Below, in pieces: positions 39,859-52,926 of a stretch of 64,000 bases of DNA. The position numbers and the translations under genes are program-made. Positions within the stretch are counted from its first letter, which is position 1. Every line of letters begins with the position of its first letter. A model generated the notes under the pieces. The model was given only the letters and a program-made list of their open reading frames with translations. It was not told the DNA's origin and searched no databases. Source of the stretch: Scenedesmus sp. PABB004 (Eukaryota); NCBI GenBank assembly GCA_014905635.1, contig JABVCE010000005.1:682001-746000 (forward strand), given 5' to 3'.

Positions 39859-41614
39859 ATGGCCCAGGGCTCCTGCAGCGGCGGCTCACGGGCGCGGCTG
39901 CTGGTCCCGCCCTGCCTGGCGGCGGCGGCGCTGCTCCTCGCCGTCTCGCTTGTCATGCCGCCGGCGCTCTCGCGCATCACCACGCGCCTGCCGTCTGCCA
40001 GCAACGCCACCGCCGCCGTGGCGAGCCGGATCGCCGCACCGACCGCCGCCGCCCGACCGCGCGCAGCGGCGCCGCCGCCGACGACTGGCGCGCCGCGCGG
40101 CCCAGCCGCGCCGCGCGCCTTTGCCAGCGGCGCGGGCGGCATGGCGTCGCAGGCGCTCAAGTACCGCGAGCCGATCGTGTTCAACGCGCGCGACAAGCAC
40201 ACCGGTGCGCGTTGCCAGCGGCAGTTGGCGCTGGCGGCCGCCCGCGCGAGTCGGTGCCCGCCGCCCGGCCCCGCCCGCCCGCCCGCGCGCCCGCCCCTCC
40301 CAGCCCCGCGCCCCGCCCGCCCCTCCGGCCAGGCACCGTGATCATGCTGCACGGCCTGGGCGACTCGGGCGACGGCTGGGCGCCGGTGGGCGCCGAGTGG
40401 GCGCCCGACCTGCGGCACGTCAAGTTCATCTTCCCGCACGCACCAAACGTGAGCCCGCGTCGTCACCGCCGCAGCGGCGGCTGGGGCGGCAGGCGCGGCG
40501 GCTGGGGTGGCAGGCGCGGCGCCGTGCCGGCGCGCGCCGTGCCGGCGCGGACGCACGCCCTCCGCGCCCTAAACCCTTTTTCACCCGCGTGCTGCCGCAG
40601 CGCCCGGTCAGCGTCAACTTTGGCATGATGATGCCCTCCTGGTACGACATTGTGAGCCTGGAGGACATCGACCAGCGCGAGGACAAGGCGGGCCTGCTGG
40701 AGAGCAAGCGGTGCGCGCGGGCGGCGGCTCGGCGCGGCGCAGCGCGGCGCGCGCCCGCGGCGGCAGCGGTGGCGGCGGGCGAGAGCTACGCCTGTTCGGC
40801 CGCCGGCGGCGGCGGCGGCCGTGCCGCGCCGACGCGGACGCGCCCCGCGCGCCCGCGTGCAGCTACGTGGAGAGCCTGGTCGAGGCGGAGGTCGCGGGCG
40901 GCGTGCCGAGCGAGCGCGTCGTCGTCGCGGGCTTCAGCCAGGGCGGCGCCGTCGCGCTCATGGCGCTGCGCTCGGAGCACAAGCTCGCCGGCGTCGTCGG
41001 TGCGCGCGCGCGCGGGCGCGCGCCGGCTGTGCGGCAGCGCTGCCCCGTCGTCGCGCGCTCGCGCCGCGGGCCTCGGCTCACGCTGCCGCGGCGCGCAGGG
41101 CTGTCGACGTACCTGCCGCTGCGCAAGGAGCCGCCGCTCGTGTCGGCCGCCAATGCGCGCACGCCGATCTTCCAGGCGCACGGCGACGCCGACTACACGG
41201 TGCGGCGGCGGCGGCCGCCGCCGCCGCGCGCCGCCACGGCGGCACCCCGCCGCCCAGCGCGGCGCCTGCTGGGCGGGCCTCGCGCGCGCGCGCCGCGTGC
41301 GCCGTCGCCTGCGCGTGCGCGCGCGCGCCCGACGGCGCCGGCGGCCGCCCGGCGCGCGCAGGTGGCGTACAAGTTTGGCGTCAACACGCACAACATGCTC
41401 AAGGAGGCCGGCGCAGACGTGACGTTCAAGACGTACAACGGCATGGCCCACGGGGTGCGCCGCGGCGGCGCGACGCGCCCCGCGCTGCGACGCGGGCGCC
41501 GCCGCGCACGCGCCCGTTGCCCTCACACGCGCCCGCCGCGCCGCCCCGCAGGCGTGCCCGCAGGAGATCGCCGACGTCGGCGCCTTCCTCAAGCGCGTGC
41601 TGCCGCCCGTGTGA
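39859..41614 (+). CDS. Acyl-protein thioesterase / phospholipase-carboxylesterase (APT1/LYPLA-like)
   Basis: VIMLHGLGDSGDGW, KFIFPHAP, MPSWYDI, VVAGFSQGGA, IFQAHGDADYTV, TYNGMAHG. Alternative start at 40141. Confidence 0.92.
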
Positions 41615-41962
41615 TCGCCGCGCCGCCGGCTCGCACGCCGCCGAGCTCCTCCGGACCACCAGAAGGTGACAGGGGTGGGTGCGGGGGCCCTGTAATAACC
41701 GGTCGCCCGGGGGGGCCGCCGCGCGCGGGGAGGGGGGGGGGCGGCGCCGGCGGCCGTTGCGTCACCGGCTGCGTGCTGTCAGTTCCAAAATGGAACGCCC
41801 CCGGACGCGCGGTGGTCGCGCTGGCGGCCGCGCCGTCTCGTGCAGTTGCAGCGCCACACCAGCACGCTCAAGCGCGACCGGGCGCCCCCGCGGCAGCGCG
41901 CTTTCGACCATACGCCCAGCTGCGCGCCGCCTCACTCGCCGCGCCGCGCACGGTGCCGCGGG

Positions 41963-44662
41963 ATGAAAGAGGACTCCGGGGACCTCAAGATCGTGGTGGA
42001 AGACAGCCACGCGCGCCGCACGGCGAGCTGGTGCGCGCGCCGGGAGGGGCGAGCGACGATTGCGCGGCCATGCCGCGCCCGCCACCGCCCGGGAACGCCC
42101 TGCCGCGACCGCGCCCCCGGGCGCCGCGCGCTCTATGCAACGGAAACGTCCGGCCGGGCCGCGCCGCGCGGCTGCTGGGCGCATGGCCGGCTGCCGCCGG
42201 CGGCGCCTTGCTCGCCCCGCGCCGCGCGCCAGCCCTGCGCCGCCGCCTCGCCTGCCGCGCCGCGCAGGCTCGATGTCGCCTACCACTCCGTCACCGCGAT
42301 GTGAGTAGCGCTCACGCCGCGCGCGTTCGTGGCGTTGCCGGCCCGCGGGCGCGCGCGCGCCCGGCTGACCCCGCGCGCCCCATGCAGGGTCGGCGCGGGC
42401 GTGCTGGGCCTGCCCGCTGTCGTCAGTCACCTGGGCTGGGCGGGCGGCGCGATAATGCTGCTTTTCTCCTTCTGGGTCAGGCACGTGGAGCGCGCGCGGC
42501 GTGCGCGCCGGCGGGCGCACACCGCTCAGGCTGCGGCCTCTCGGCCCGCCCGCCCGCGCCGCAGCTGGTACACATACCGGCAGCTCGTCTACATGCACGA
42601 GGTGCCCGACCTGACCTGCAGGGAGGGCGCCGGCGTGCGTCGGCTTGACCGGTACGACGAGCTGGCTGCCTACGTGCTTGGTGCGTGCGGCGCGCGGCAG
42701 GCCGGCGCCGACGTGACCGCGCCGCGCGCGACCCAGCCGCATCGCGCGCGCGCGCGCCGCGCCGCTCAACGCACCGCCCCCGCGCGGCCCCGCGCAGGCG
42801 AGCGGCGTGGCAGGGCGCTGTTGATGCCCTTCCAGCTCGCGGTGCTGGTCGGCCTGGCCATCACCTACACAGTCGTCGGCGGCGACAGGTGCGCCCCGCG
42901 CGCGGCACGTGTGCCGCCCGCGCCGCGCGCGACCTGCCGCCCACATGCTCGCGCCGCGCCGTGCCGCGCACGCCACAGCCTCCACGCGTTTGCGGTGTCC
43001 GTGGCGCCAAACGGCGCCGCCGCGGCGATCGGGAAGTGGCCGTACTACGTCATGTTTGGCGGGCTGCAGCTGCTGCTTTCCCTGGTGCGCTGTGGCTGGC
43101 TCGAGCGCGGCGCGCGGCGTGCAAGGCTGCTGAGGCAGCAGCAGCGCTCGGCCCCGCGTAACCCCTCCCTGCACGCCCTGCCTCGCCGCGCCACTCACCC
43201 GCAGCTGCCGAGCTTCAACGAGCTCAGCCTCGTCTCGCTGCTTGGGGCGCTTGTGTCGCTCGGCTACTGCACCATCGCGGTCGCCATGTCCGCCACGGTC
43301 AACCCGCCGCGGGGGTCGGTCAACTACGACCCCGCGGCCGTCCCGCGGTCAGACCTGTCGCGCGTCATGGGCATATTCAACGCGATCACCAGTGTGTTGT
43401 TTGCGTACGGGGGGCACAACGTGGCGCTCGAGATCCAGGCGCGCGCGGCGCCTGGCGGCAGCCGGCAGACGCGTGAGCGCGCAGGCGCGCGGACGGCGGC
43501 TGACGCCGCCACGCGCCGCCGCGCGCGCCCCCCAGGCGACCATCCCGATCGGCGGCAAGCACGCGGCGAGCAGCGTGCCCACGATGATGCGCGGTGCGCC
43601 CTCTCCCTCCCTCTCGCGCTCTCGCACACGCACGCTGTGCTGCGCGGCGATCGCCTCGCCGGACCTCGCGAGGTCCGAGACGCGCCGCCGCGCCCCTCAC
43701 GCGCCCCGGCCGCGCCCCGGCCGCCCAGGCGTCAACGTGACGTTTGTGCTGACCGGCCTCGCATACTTCTCCGTCTCCCTCGTCGGCTTCTGGGTGCGCC
43801 CGCGGCTGCACTCGCAGCCCGCAGCCCCGCGAGCCCCGCCCCGCGCCGGCCGCGGCTGCCGCGCCGCGTGCCGGCCGCACCCCCTGGGCTGACCGGCTGC
43901 ACGGCCGCCCGCCGCGCACTGCGCCGCCGCCCCGCGCCGCGCTGCGCCGCGTCCAGGCGTTTGGCACGGCCGTGACTGACAACGTGCTCATGGCCTTCAC
44001 GCACGGCCGCACGAGCTGGGTCGTCGCGATGGCCGGTGCGGCGCCGCGCGCGCGAGGGCACGGTCCCAGCCCGGCTGGCTGGCGCGCACGCGTTCGCCGC
44101 GGCCGCCCGTCCCAAACCGCTCAACGAGCCACTCACGCGAGCGCTGTGTCGCCGCCCCCGCCGCCGCCGCCGCCGCACCACCACCCCTGAACCCTGAAAC
44201 CTAGACATGTTTGTCGTCGTCCACGTCGCCGCGGCGTACCAGGTCTACACGCAGCCCGTCTTCCAGCTTATAGAGCGCCGCATCGCGCTCAAGAGGTGCG
44301 CCAGTGACCGTGGCAGGGCCACGGCTGGCATGGGTTCACGGGCAGGGCTCACGGTCCGCGCGCGGGCGGTGCGGGCGGCGTGGGCCCGCGGCGCGGCGCG
44401 CGCGCGGCTGACGCGCCCTGCTGCGCGCCGTGCTCCGCGCCGTGCTCCGCGCCGCGCCGCAGCGGCGCGCGCGTCAACCCGCTGCTGGGCAACGCGATCC
44501 GGCTCACCTACGTCGCCGCGATCACCGCGGTCGGCATCGTGGTGAGCACGGCGCGGGGCTCAGCACGCGCGCGCGCGCCGGCGCTGCGCTCGCGCTCGCG
44601 CAGCCCTCGCGGCCCCGGCCGCCCACGCTGAGCCACTGCTGCGCCCCCCCCCCCCCCCAACC

Positions 44663-44722
<60 letters not shown>

Positions 44723-44966
44723 ACCCCCAAAGGTGCCGTTCTTCTCGAGCCTCATGGGCCTCGTCGGCGCGATCGCGGTCACGCCGACCACGTTCCTGCT
44801 GCCGCCGCTCTTCTGGCTTTTGTACAAGCGGCCGCGCCGATTTGGGCTGGAGTGGGCGGTGAACGTCTTCCTCGTCGGCGTCACCGCCCTCATCGGCGTG
44901 CTCGGCACGATCGGCTCGGTGTACAGCATCATCGAGGCGTGGGGCACGTTCAAGGTCTTTGCGTGA
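41963..44966 (+). CDS. Amino acid/auxin permease (AAAP) family transporter, LHT-like
   Basis: ASWLDVAYHSVTAMVGAGVLGLP, QLVYMHE, RLDRYDELA, FAYGGHNVALEIQATIP, FWAFG, YQVYTQPVF, PFFSSLMGLVGA. Confidence 0.93.
44659..44721 (+). repeat. Telomere-like (AACCCTC)9 tract inside an intron
   Basis: Nine perfect AACCCTC units directly before the 3' splice site at about 44732. One base differs from the AACCCTA (TTTAGGG) repeat. Confidence 0.95.
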
Positions 44967-45701
44967 GCCGCCGACGACCGCGGCGAGCGGGCGGCGTTGT
45001 TTGTTAGTTCTGGGGTTTGACCGCGGCGCGCGCCTTCAACCGCAGAGACGTGCACTGGCCCTGCTTGCGTGATCCCTGCGGCGCTGCTTGCGACGCGTGG
45101 CCGCGCCATACCTGCAACCAAATTCAGCTCAAAAGCTTGCATTCCTGCATGTCACATGTAGACGTTATTGACTCCGCGGCTCAGCCGCGCGCGGTTGGGG
45201 TGCACCGACGCGTGGGCGGGGGACGGGCTCGGGGCGCCGCCGAGATGCTTGCAATCACTGCCATGGCGCCGCCGCGGCCAGCTCGCCCGTGAGATTGAGC
45301 GGTGAGCTTGCACACCCCTCGCCGCAGCGCCTGCGTCGGCAGCAGCGCGCCACGCACAGCCGCCGCCGCCGCAGACACGGCGCCGGTCACAGCAGCCGCA
45401 ACACCAGATAGCGCGTCGCCGGGCGGTGCAGTCGTCCGAGCGCGGCAGCGGCACCAGCCGCGGCGGCGGCGGCAGCAGCAGCGGCGACCGCTCCTGCGGC
45501 CGGCGTGCGCCGCCCGGCGACCGGCGGCCGACGGCGGGCGCCCCCGCGGCCACCCATCGCCCTCCGCGCGCCTCTGCCGCGCATCGCTGAGCAGCTACGT
45601 GTGCAAACAGTATGGCTGGCCACTCAGCTGCTGGTGACCGGCGACCGGCGGCCATGGGCGAGCGCGGCGGCCCTGCCATGGGCGAGCGCGGCGGCCCTGC
45701 C

Positions 45702-46294
45702 ATGGTCGAGGCGAAGTTTTTTTACTTCTTCTTCTTCGGCTCAATGGTCTGCGCGCTCCCGTACTCCAATCTCGTCTATCGCAGCGCCGGCCTCAACGAC
45801 GCGCAGGCGCGGCGGCGGCGGCTGACGACCGGGCAGCTGCGGCGCTGAGCCAGGCGGCGGCGCTGCGCCAGCAGCACCCCACCCTTGCCGCTGCCGCCGC
45901 CGCCGCCGCCGCCGCCGCGGTCCAGGTCGGCGTGCTCGCGGCGATAAAGCCCTGGTGCTCCGCGCCGGCCAGCTTCATCTGGAGCGCGCTAGCGGACCGC
46001 ACGGGGCGCCACCGGTCAATCCTGCTGGCCACGTTTGTCGCGTCGACGCTCGTGCGAGTGGCGGTCGTGGCGGTGCGCGGCGGCGGCAGCGCCTTTGCGG
46101 CGTTCCTGGCCCTCGCGGTCGTCGGAGAGGTGCTCGCCGCGCCGGTGGGCGTGATCGCCGACGCCGCCGTGGTCAGCGCGTGCGCCAAGGTGCGCGCGCC
46201 CCGCGGCGCGGCGGCGCGCCCGCCTGGCCGGACAGGCCCGCGCGCCGCGCGCCAGGGCACTCCGCCACGGCTGCAGCCGTCCCAAGCCTGCCGC

Positions 46295-46341
<47 letters not shown>

Positions 46342-46430
46342 CGGCGCGCAGGACACCGACTATGGCAAGCAGCGCCTGTGGTGAGGCCGGCGCGCGGCAG
46401 CCGCGGGGCTCAGGCGGGCTCACAGCAGCT

Positions 46431-46465
<35 letters not shown>

Positions 46466-47882
46466 CCCGGTCGGCGCTGACGCGCCGCCACCGCCGCCGC
46501 CGCCGCCGCCAGGGGCGCGGTGGGGTGGGGCGTGCTCTCTGCATTTGCAGGAGAGCTCGTGTCGCGGTACGGGCTGGCCTCTGGTTTTGCCGCATTTGCG
46601 CTGCTCTCGGTGCCAGCGGTCGGCTGCGCCGCGCGCATGGACTACAGCCGCCTCGGCGGCGGCGCGGCGCAGCCAGCAGCGGCGGCGCCGGCAGCGCCGG
46701 CGGGGCGGCAGCGGGGCGCGGAGCCGCAGCCGCCGCATGGCGAGGCGAGGTGCGAGCAGCAGGCGCTGCTCGCACCCGCGCCCGACATGCCAACGGGCAG
46801 CCTCGGCGACGGCGCTGACGCGACCGTGCTGCTCGTGTGCGACGGCTCGCGGCACGGCACGCCCGCGCAGCAGCCGGAGCCGGCGCAGCAGCAGCCGCTG
46901 CAGCCGCTGCAGCCGCAGCCGGTGCAGCCGGGCGGCGCCGACGCGGCGCCTGGCTGCACCGGCGCCGGCGCGGCGCCGCCGCCCTTCTGGTCACGCGTCG
47001 GCGCGCTGCTGTCGCGGCGCGCGGTGCTGGTGCTGCTGGCCATGGCCACCGTGATGGGCTTCGGCATCGGAGTGATCGGCGGTGCGCGCGGCGTGGGCGC
47101 TGCACAGCGCGCGCGCTGCAGCGCGCTGGCGGGCGCTGGCGGGCGGCTGCGCGCGCGGGGGCGCGCAGCGCGGGCGGAGCTGGGCGGCCGCCAAACCCTC
47201 GCGCCGCCGCCGCCGCCCGCGCGCGGCGCGCGCGGCGCGCCCAGAGTTTCTCTTCCTCCACCTCGCCGACCTCGGCGGCGGCGCGGCGCTCATGGGCCTG
47301 ACGCTCACGGTGACGTGCATGGCCGAGGTGCCGGTTTTCCATCTCTCGGGCGCCCTGCTCGCGCGCGTGCGCCCGCAGGTGGTGCTGCACGCTGTTGTCG
47401 CGACCTACGCGCTGCGCCTCGGCCTCTACGCGCTGCTGTCGTCGCGTCACGTGCTGCTCGTGCTGCTGATCGAGCCGCTGCACGGCATCACGTTTGGCGC
47501 CGGCTGGGGCGCCGGCACGGTGCTCGCGAAGCGTGTCGCGCCGCCCGGGCTCGAAGCGACGTGCCTGTCGCTGTTTCAGTCGTCCTACTTTGGCGTCGGC
47601 TCCGGCCTCGGCGCGCTCGTCGGCGGCCTGCTCAAGCGCCGCCTCGGAGGCCGCGCGATGTTTGCCGCCTCCGCCGCGCTTGTCACGGCTGGCTGGGCTG
47701 TGTGCGGGGCGGCCGAGCTCGCGTGTCGCACGTGCGCGGCGGGGCGCGAGGCGCCCGCCGCCGAGCGGCTGGCCAAGTACGCCGAGCTGGCGAGCAAGGA
47801 CAGCGGCCCGGACCTGGCGGCGCTGCGAGACGACACGGCGCCGCTGCGCGACGGGCGCGCGCGGCGGCCCAGCGCGGGGTGA
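45702..47882 (+). CDS. Major facilitator superfamily transporter (MFSD6/MFS_1-like)
   Basis: KFFYFFFFGS...IWSALADRTGRHR, DYGKQRLWGAVGWG, FLFLHLADLGG, AEVPVF, LIEPLHGITFG, YFGVGSGLGALVGG. Confidence 0.9.
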
Positions 47883-48014
47883 GCCCCGCGCGCTTTAAAA
47901 CCTTCACGGTTGTTTGAAGGTCGTCCGCCCTGACAACGCGATCGCCGTGTTGCGCTGCGCCGATCCCGCGCCGATCCAGCGCCCTGCGCCGCCGCCGCGA
48001 CCGCGCCGGGAGAG

Positions 48015-49059
48015 ATGGCGCGCCGCAACCGCCTGCTGCTCCTGGCGGCGTGGGCGGGCCTGGCCGCCACCGCGGGCGCTTGGCGCATGGACGAGTCGCT
48101 GGTGTCGCAGGTGGAGGCGGCTCTGGGCCTGGAGGCGGGCGGCCTGGCGCCGCACGCTGCGCCGAGCTGGGCGCCGCTGCTCGAGCTCAACCGCCGCCTC
48201 GCGGGCGCCGGCTTCCACCGAACGCTGGAGCTGGAGCTGGCGCTGCGACAGACGGGCGACCCGGGCAGCCCGGCGGGCGAAGCCTTCCCGGCGGCGGGGT
48301 GCCGGCTGGGCGTGCTGCAGCCGCTGCCGAGCAGCCTGTTTGCCGACCCCTTCCAGCTCGCCGACCTCGCGCGCAGCAGCTGCGGCGCGCTCGAGTTCGA
48401 GCTGGCGGGCCCGCTGGACCTGGAGCTGTGCGCCGCGCCGCGCCGCTCCGCGCCAGCCGGCCGCGCCGCTCCGCGACCAACGCGCGCGCCGCGCGCTGCG
48501 CCGCAGGCCGGCGCCGGCGTGCAACGCGACGGCGCTCGTGGCGTGGTGGCAGCGGCGCCCGCAGGGCCCGGCACCCGCGCGCCTGGCGGTGCCGCTGCAT
48601 GCCAAGTACCCGGAGCCGCGCGCGTTTGGCTTCACGGGCTGGCGCGCGCTGACCACGGGTGTGGCGCGCGCGGTGGCAGCAGCCACGCTGCCGGCAGGCC
48701 CCGGCCCCTCAGGCGCGCGCCCACGCGCGCGCGCAGGGCACGTGGACGTGACGGTGCCGCGGCCGTGGCTGCTGGAGGACTGCCGCGCGGCGGGCGGCCC
48801 GCTGCGCGCGCTGCGCCCGCCGCGGCGGGGCGAAGCGGCCGACGGCGGCGGCGGCGGCGGCGCCGACGGCACGTGCAGCAGCAGCGCGGGCGGCGGCGGC
48901 GGCTGCGGCGGGCCGGCGCAGGGCGGCGAGGCGCTGCTGTGGCGCGTGCCCGCGGGCAACCTCGACCACCTGCCGCTGGTGTCGTGGGGCACCGTGCTCG
49001 TCACGGCGGCGTGCTGCGGCGCGCTGAGCGCGCGCGCGCTGCTCGCGGCGGCGTGGTGA
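48015..49059 (+). CDS. PIGX: PIG-X/PBN1-like GPI-mannosyltransferase I subunit
   Basis: Signal peptide, RRLAGAGFHRTL, CRLGVLQPLPSSLFADPFQL, DLELPA, VPLHAKYP, WRVPAGNLDH and a C-terminal TM helix. Confidence 0.8.
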
Positions 49060-49524
49060 CCCCGGTGCCGCTGGGCGCGGCGGCGGGGCGTGCAACCGCG
49101 CGCGTGACGGGAAGCCGGGCAGGCGGCGCGCGGGCGGCGGCGGTGCTGCGGCGGAGGGAGGCGGCGCGCCGCCGACGCAGCGCGGCCGCACTCTCCCCGC
49201 CGCCCGACGCCGCAGCCGACCGCGCCGCCGACCGCGCCGCGCCGCCGAGCAGCAGCAGCAACATGGCCTCGACGCAGGTCGCCCACGCCCGCGCGTCGTC
49301 TCACATGGCCTCCGCTGGTGGGTTGCCCAGCCGCGCGCCCAGGCGGCGCCAGGGCAGCCTCGGGCTGCCAGCCCGGGTCGGCGCGAGCGTTGGGGCGCGC
49401 TGCCGCGCCCTGCGCGCGCCTCGAATTGCGGTCGGCCGCCCATTGGCGCGACCGATCCGCGCGCCCGCCAAAGCGCGTGCCTGCGGGCCGGCGCGGGCAG
49501 CGAGCGCGGCGCAGTGCCCCGGTG

Positions 49525-51565
49525 ATGGCCGGGGCGTGCGCTGACGAGCTGTCGCGCCACGCCGGCCGCGGCGCAAGCGCGGCCGAGCCGCCGTGCAGCG
49601 CTCTCGAGAGCGGCGTGCCGCCGCACCACCGCGCCGACGCCGTGCGCCGCGCGCCGCCGCCGCCGCTGCCGCGCGCCGCTGCTGCCGCTGCCGCAGGCGC
49701 CCGCTCCGTGCGCGCCGTGCGCGTGGCCTTCAGGGCGCAGAGCCGGCGCCAGATGAGCGTGGTGGCGGCCGCGGAGGGTGAGCCGGCCGGCGTCGCGCGC
49801 CGCCCGGCGCGGGGCGGCACCGCGCCGCGCCCCCGGGGACTGGGCCGGCGCCCCCGTGCTGACCGCCGCGCGCCGCAGGCCCCGTGTGCATCGTCACGGG
49901 CGGCTCGCGCGGCATCGGCCGCGCCATCGCGCTGGCGCTGGGCGAGAAGGGCTGCAGGGTGCGCCGCGGCGCGGCGCGGCGCGGGCAGCGGCTTCGGCAG
50001 CTGCTGCGGATCGCTGGCCCGCTCCCGCGGCGCGCGGCCGACGTGCCCCCGCCTTTGCCCCCGCCCCCCGCCGCTGCTCAAGGTCGCGGTCAACTACGCG
50101 TCCAGCCCCGACAAGGCTGAGGAGGTGGCGGCCGAGATCATCAAGGCCGGCGGCGACGCGTTCACTGTCGGCTGCAACGTCGCGAAGCGCGACGAGCTCG
50201 ACAAGATGTTTGCCGCCGTCACCGACAAGTGGGGCGGCGTCGACGTGCTCGTCAACAACGCCGGTGCGGCGGCGGCGCCGGCGGCAGCAGGGCGCCGCTG
50301 GGCTGCGGCTGCTGCCTGGGCTGGGGCTGCTGGACGCGCCCCTGGGCTGCGGCTGCTGGCGGTGGCAGGGGCTGGGCTCGGCGCCGCGCGCGGCCCAGCC
50401 TCCCGCGCCGCGCGCGGCCCCGCCCGCCCGGCTGACGCGCCGCGTCTCGCCCCGCGCCGCCGTGTCTCGTGCCGTGCGTGTGTGTGCCCCGTGGCAGGCA
50501 TCACGCGCGACAGCCTGATGATGCGCATGAAGCCGGAGCAGTGGAGCGACGTCATCGACACAAACCTGTCGTCCGTCTTCTTCGCCACGCAGGTGGGGGG
50601 AGGGGGCGGGTGGTTGAGGGGGCGGGTGGCGGCGGCAGGCGGGACGCGGGGGCGCGGGTGGCAGGGGCGGCGGGGGCGGGCTGAGCGCGGCGGCGGGGAG
50701 GCGGCGAGCAGCGCGCGCTCTCGGGATGCGCCCGGCCCACGCCGCTCGCCGCCGTCGCCGCCGCCCCCGCGCCGTGCCCCGCCGCGCCAGGCCGCGACCA
50801 AGCTGATGTCCAAGGCCAAGAAGGGCCGCATCATCAACATCACCTCCGTCGTTGGCCTCGTCGGCAACGCCGGCCAGGCCAACTACAGCGCTGCAAAGGC
50901 CGGTGCGCTTCGCGGCGCCCGCCCCTGCGCGCCGCGCGCCCGCACCGCGCACCGCGCGCCCGCGCCGGCACGCCCCCGCGGCGGCACGCCCCCGCGACGG
51001 CACGCCCCCGCGGCGGCCCTGCCGCCCTCCGACGCGCCTGCACGCCCTCTGACGCGCCTGCACGCCTGCGCCGCCGCCGCCGCCGCCGCCAGGCGTGATC
51101 GGCCTGACCAAGACGACCGCGCGCGAGTGGGCGAGCCGCGGCATCACGGCCAACGCCGTCGCGCCGGGGTTCATCGCCAGCGACATGACCAGCGCCATCC
51201 CCGAGAAGTACGAGGCCCAGATCCTGGCAGGCATCCCCCTGGGTGCGCGCCGGCCGCCTGCGCGGCGCGCGTGCGGGGCCGGCGAGCAGCGAGCGCGCGC
51301 GGCCGTGGAGAGGGCTCCGGGGTCTCTGGGGCCGGGTGCCGCCCCGCCGCGCCGCGCCGCGCCGCCGCGCTCACCGCTCACCGCTCGCCGGCCCCGCCCC
51401 CGTCCCGCCGCGCCGCCGCCGCCGCCGCGGCGCGCGCGCGGTGCAGCGCGGTACGGCAAGCCCGAGGAGGTCGCGGGCCTGGTGCGCTTCCTGGCGCTCG
51501 ACCCCGCGGCCGCCTACATCACGGGCCAGGTGCTCAACGTCGACGGCGGCATGGTCATGTGCTGA
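49525..51565 (+). CDS. fabG: 3-oxoacyl-ACP reductase (plastid KAR); start uncertain
   Basis: [81 protein letters not shown]. Confidence 0.95.
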
Positions 51566-51980
51566 TCAGCAGCGGGGCGCCGCCAGGGGGCGCCGCGAGG
51601 GGGGCACGGCGGCGGGGGCGGCCGGCCGCTGCGGGGCGGCGGCGGCGGCGCTGTGTCGCGCGCGGGTGCGCGGGCGGCGCGCGTTTTGTCGCGGGCTGAA
51701 GCTGGCAGACGCCTGCGCGGTGCAACTCAACGCCCGGCCGCTTGCGCTGCCCGGCTCGAGCGCCGCTGACGCGTGCCAGACAGCGCGGCTGCGCAGGCCA
51801 GCGATGCGGCGGGCCCAGGCGTGGGCGCGCAGGTGGGCGGCGGACCGTGGCGGCGCGGCGCTCGGCGCTCGGCGCTCGCGCGTGCGCCACGCGGCGGCCG
51901 CCCGGTCGCTTGCCCTGTCGTTCTCGGTCGACGCCCGCGGCCGCGATCTCCACGGTGACACGGCGGGGCCCGGGACGCTT

Positions 51981-52926
51981 GTCGTTGTTGTTGGTTACGG
52001 CGGCGCCCGGTACGCTCCGGGCGGTTGAGCGTCCCACATCGGAACGCCTGGCGGGCCAAACCAACTCCCAAATGCGACCAACCGAGCAGCCCGCAAGCGG
52101 GGCCGCATGCTGGCAAGCCGGCGCAGGGCATGTAGCGAGCATGGCGCGGCCCAGACGCGCGCAACCCACCAGCAAAACCACCTGCATGCCGCCCTCTGGT
52201 CTTGATCGCGCGCCGGACCGTGGCACAAGGCAGAAGGCCCGCTGCGAGGACCAACCCCCGCGCGCCCCCGCCCCGCCGCCGCCCCCCGCGACCGACGCCC
52301 CCTTCTCCCCCCACCCCGGCCGCACGCACGCCCAGCCCGGCGGTGCCCCGGGACTCCACATACACCGGCCTACAGAACTGGCAGCGGGGCCGCACCAAAC
52401 ACACACGCCCGCACACACCCAAAGAGCCTCATGCACCGGCCTGCAGCCAGATGCGCGGCGCCGCCCGTGGGTCGGCGTCGTCCGGCACGGTGCAGAGGAA
52501 GGGGTGCTGCGCAGGGACCTGCGCAGACCACTGTCGCGGGGCCGCACGGCACGCAACAAAGTCCGCCAGCCAGGCCCAGAACGACGCCACCGCCGCTTGC
52601 TGGGCCTGCTGCAGCCGCTGCGCGCGCTCGCTCTCGGCCGCCGCCGCTTGTCGCTGCTGCTGCGCCTCGGGGGGAGGCGCAGCGGGCAGCATGCTGGAGA
52701 TGAGGCGCTGGCCCGCAGCCGCGGCGCGCTCAGCACGCCGGGCATGCGCGGCCGCCCGCGCTTGGCCTGGAGGGCCGCGAGGTTGGCGGCGCGCCGGCCG
52801 GTGTCCATGGCCGCGATCGCGGCCAGACACACCACGCGCCACACGCCCGAGTGCATCCGGGGCCCGGTACGCTCCGGGCGGTTGAGCGTCCCACATCGGA
52901 ACGCCTGGCGGGCCTGACCAACTCCC
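51981..52926 (-). mobile_element. 5'-truncated non-LTR retrotransposon remnant (L1/Tx1-like ORF2 C-terminus, 3' UTR, (CAA)n tail) with duplicated 3' end
   Basis: Minus-strand peptide VWRVVCLAAIAAMDTGRR...AVASFWAWLADFVA...HPFL resembles VWDMVCIAAIHACERGRR...AVSAFWEALADFAA...QPFL at 55285-55520. Ends in a hairpin plus GTAAC-CAACAACAAC. 65-bp direct repeat at 52005-52069 and 52862-52926. Confidence 0.75.

Noticed and set aside
52005..52926. LTR retrotransposon/TRIM (direct repeats containing TCCCACATCGG)
   Set aside because: No TG...CA termini, PBS or PPT seen. The interior resembles a LINE ORF2 C-terminus and a microsatellite tail lies outside one repeat.
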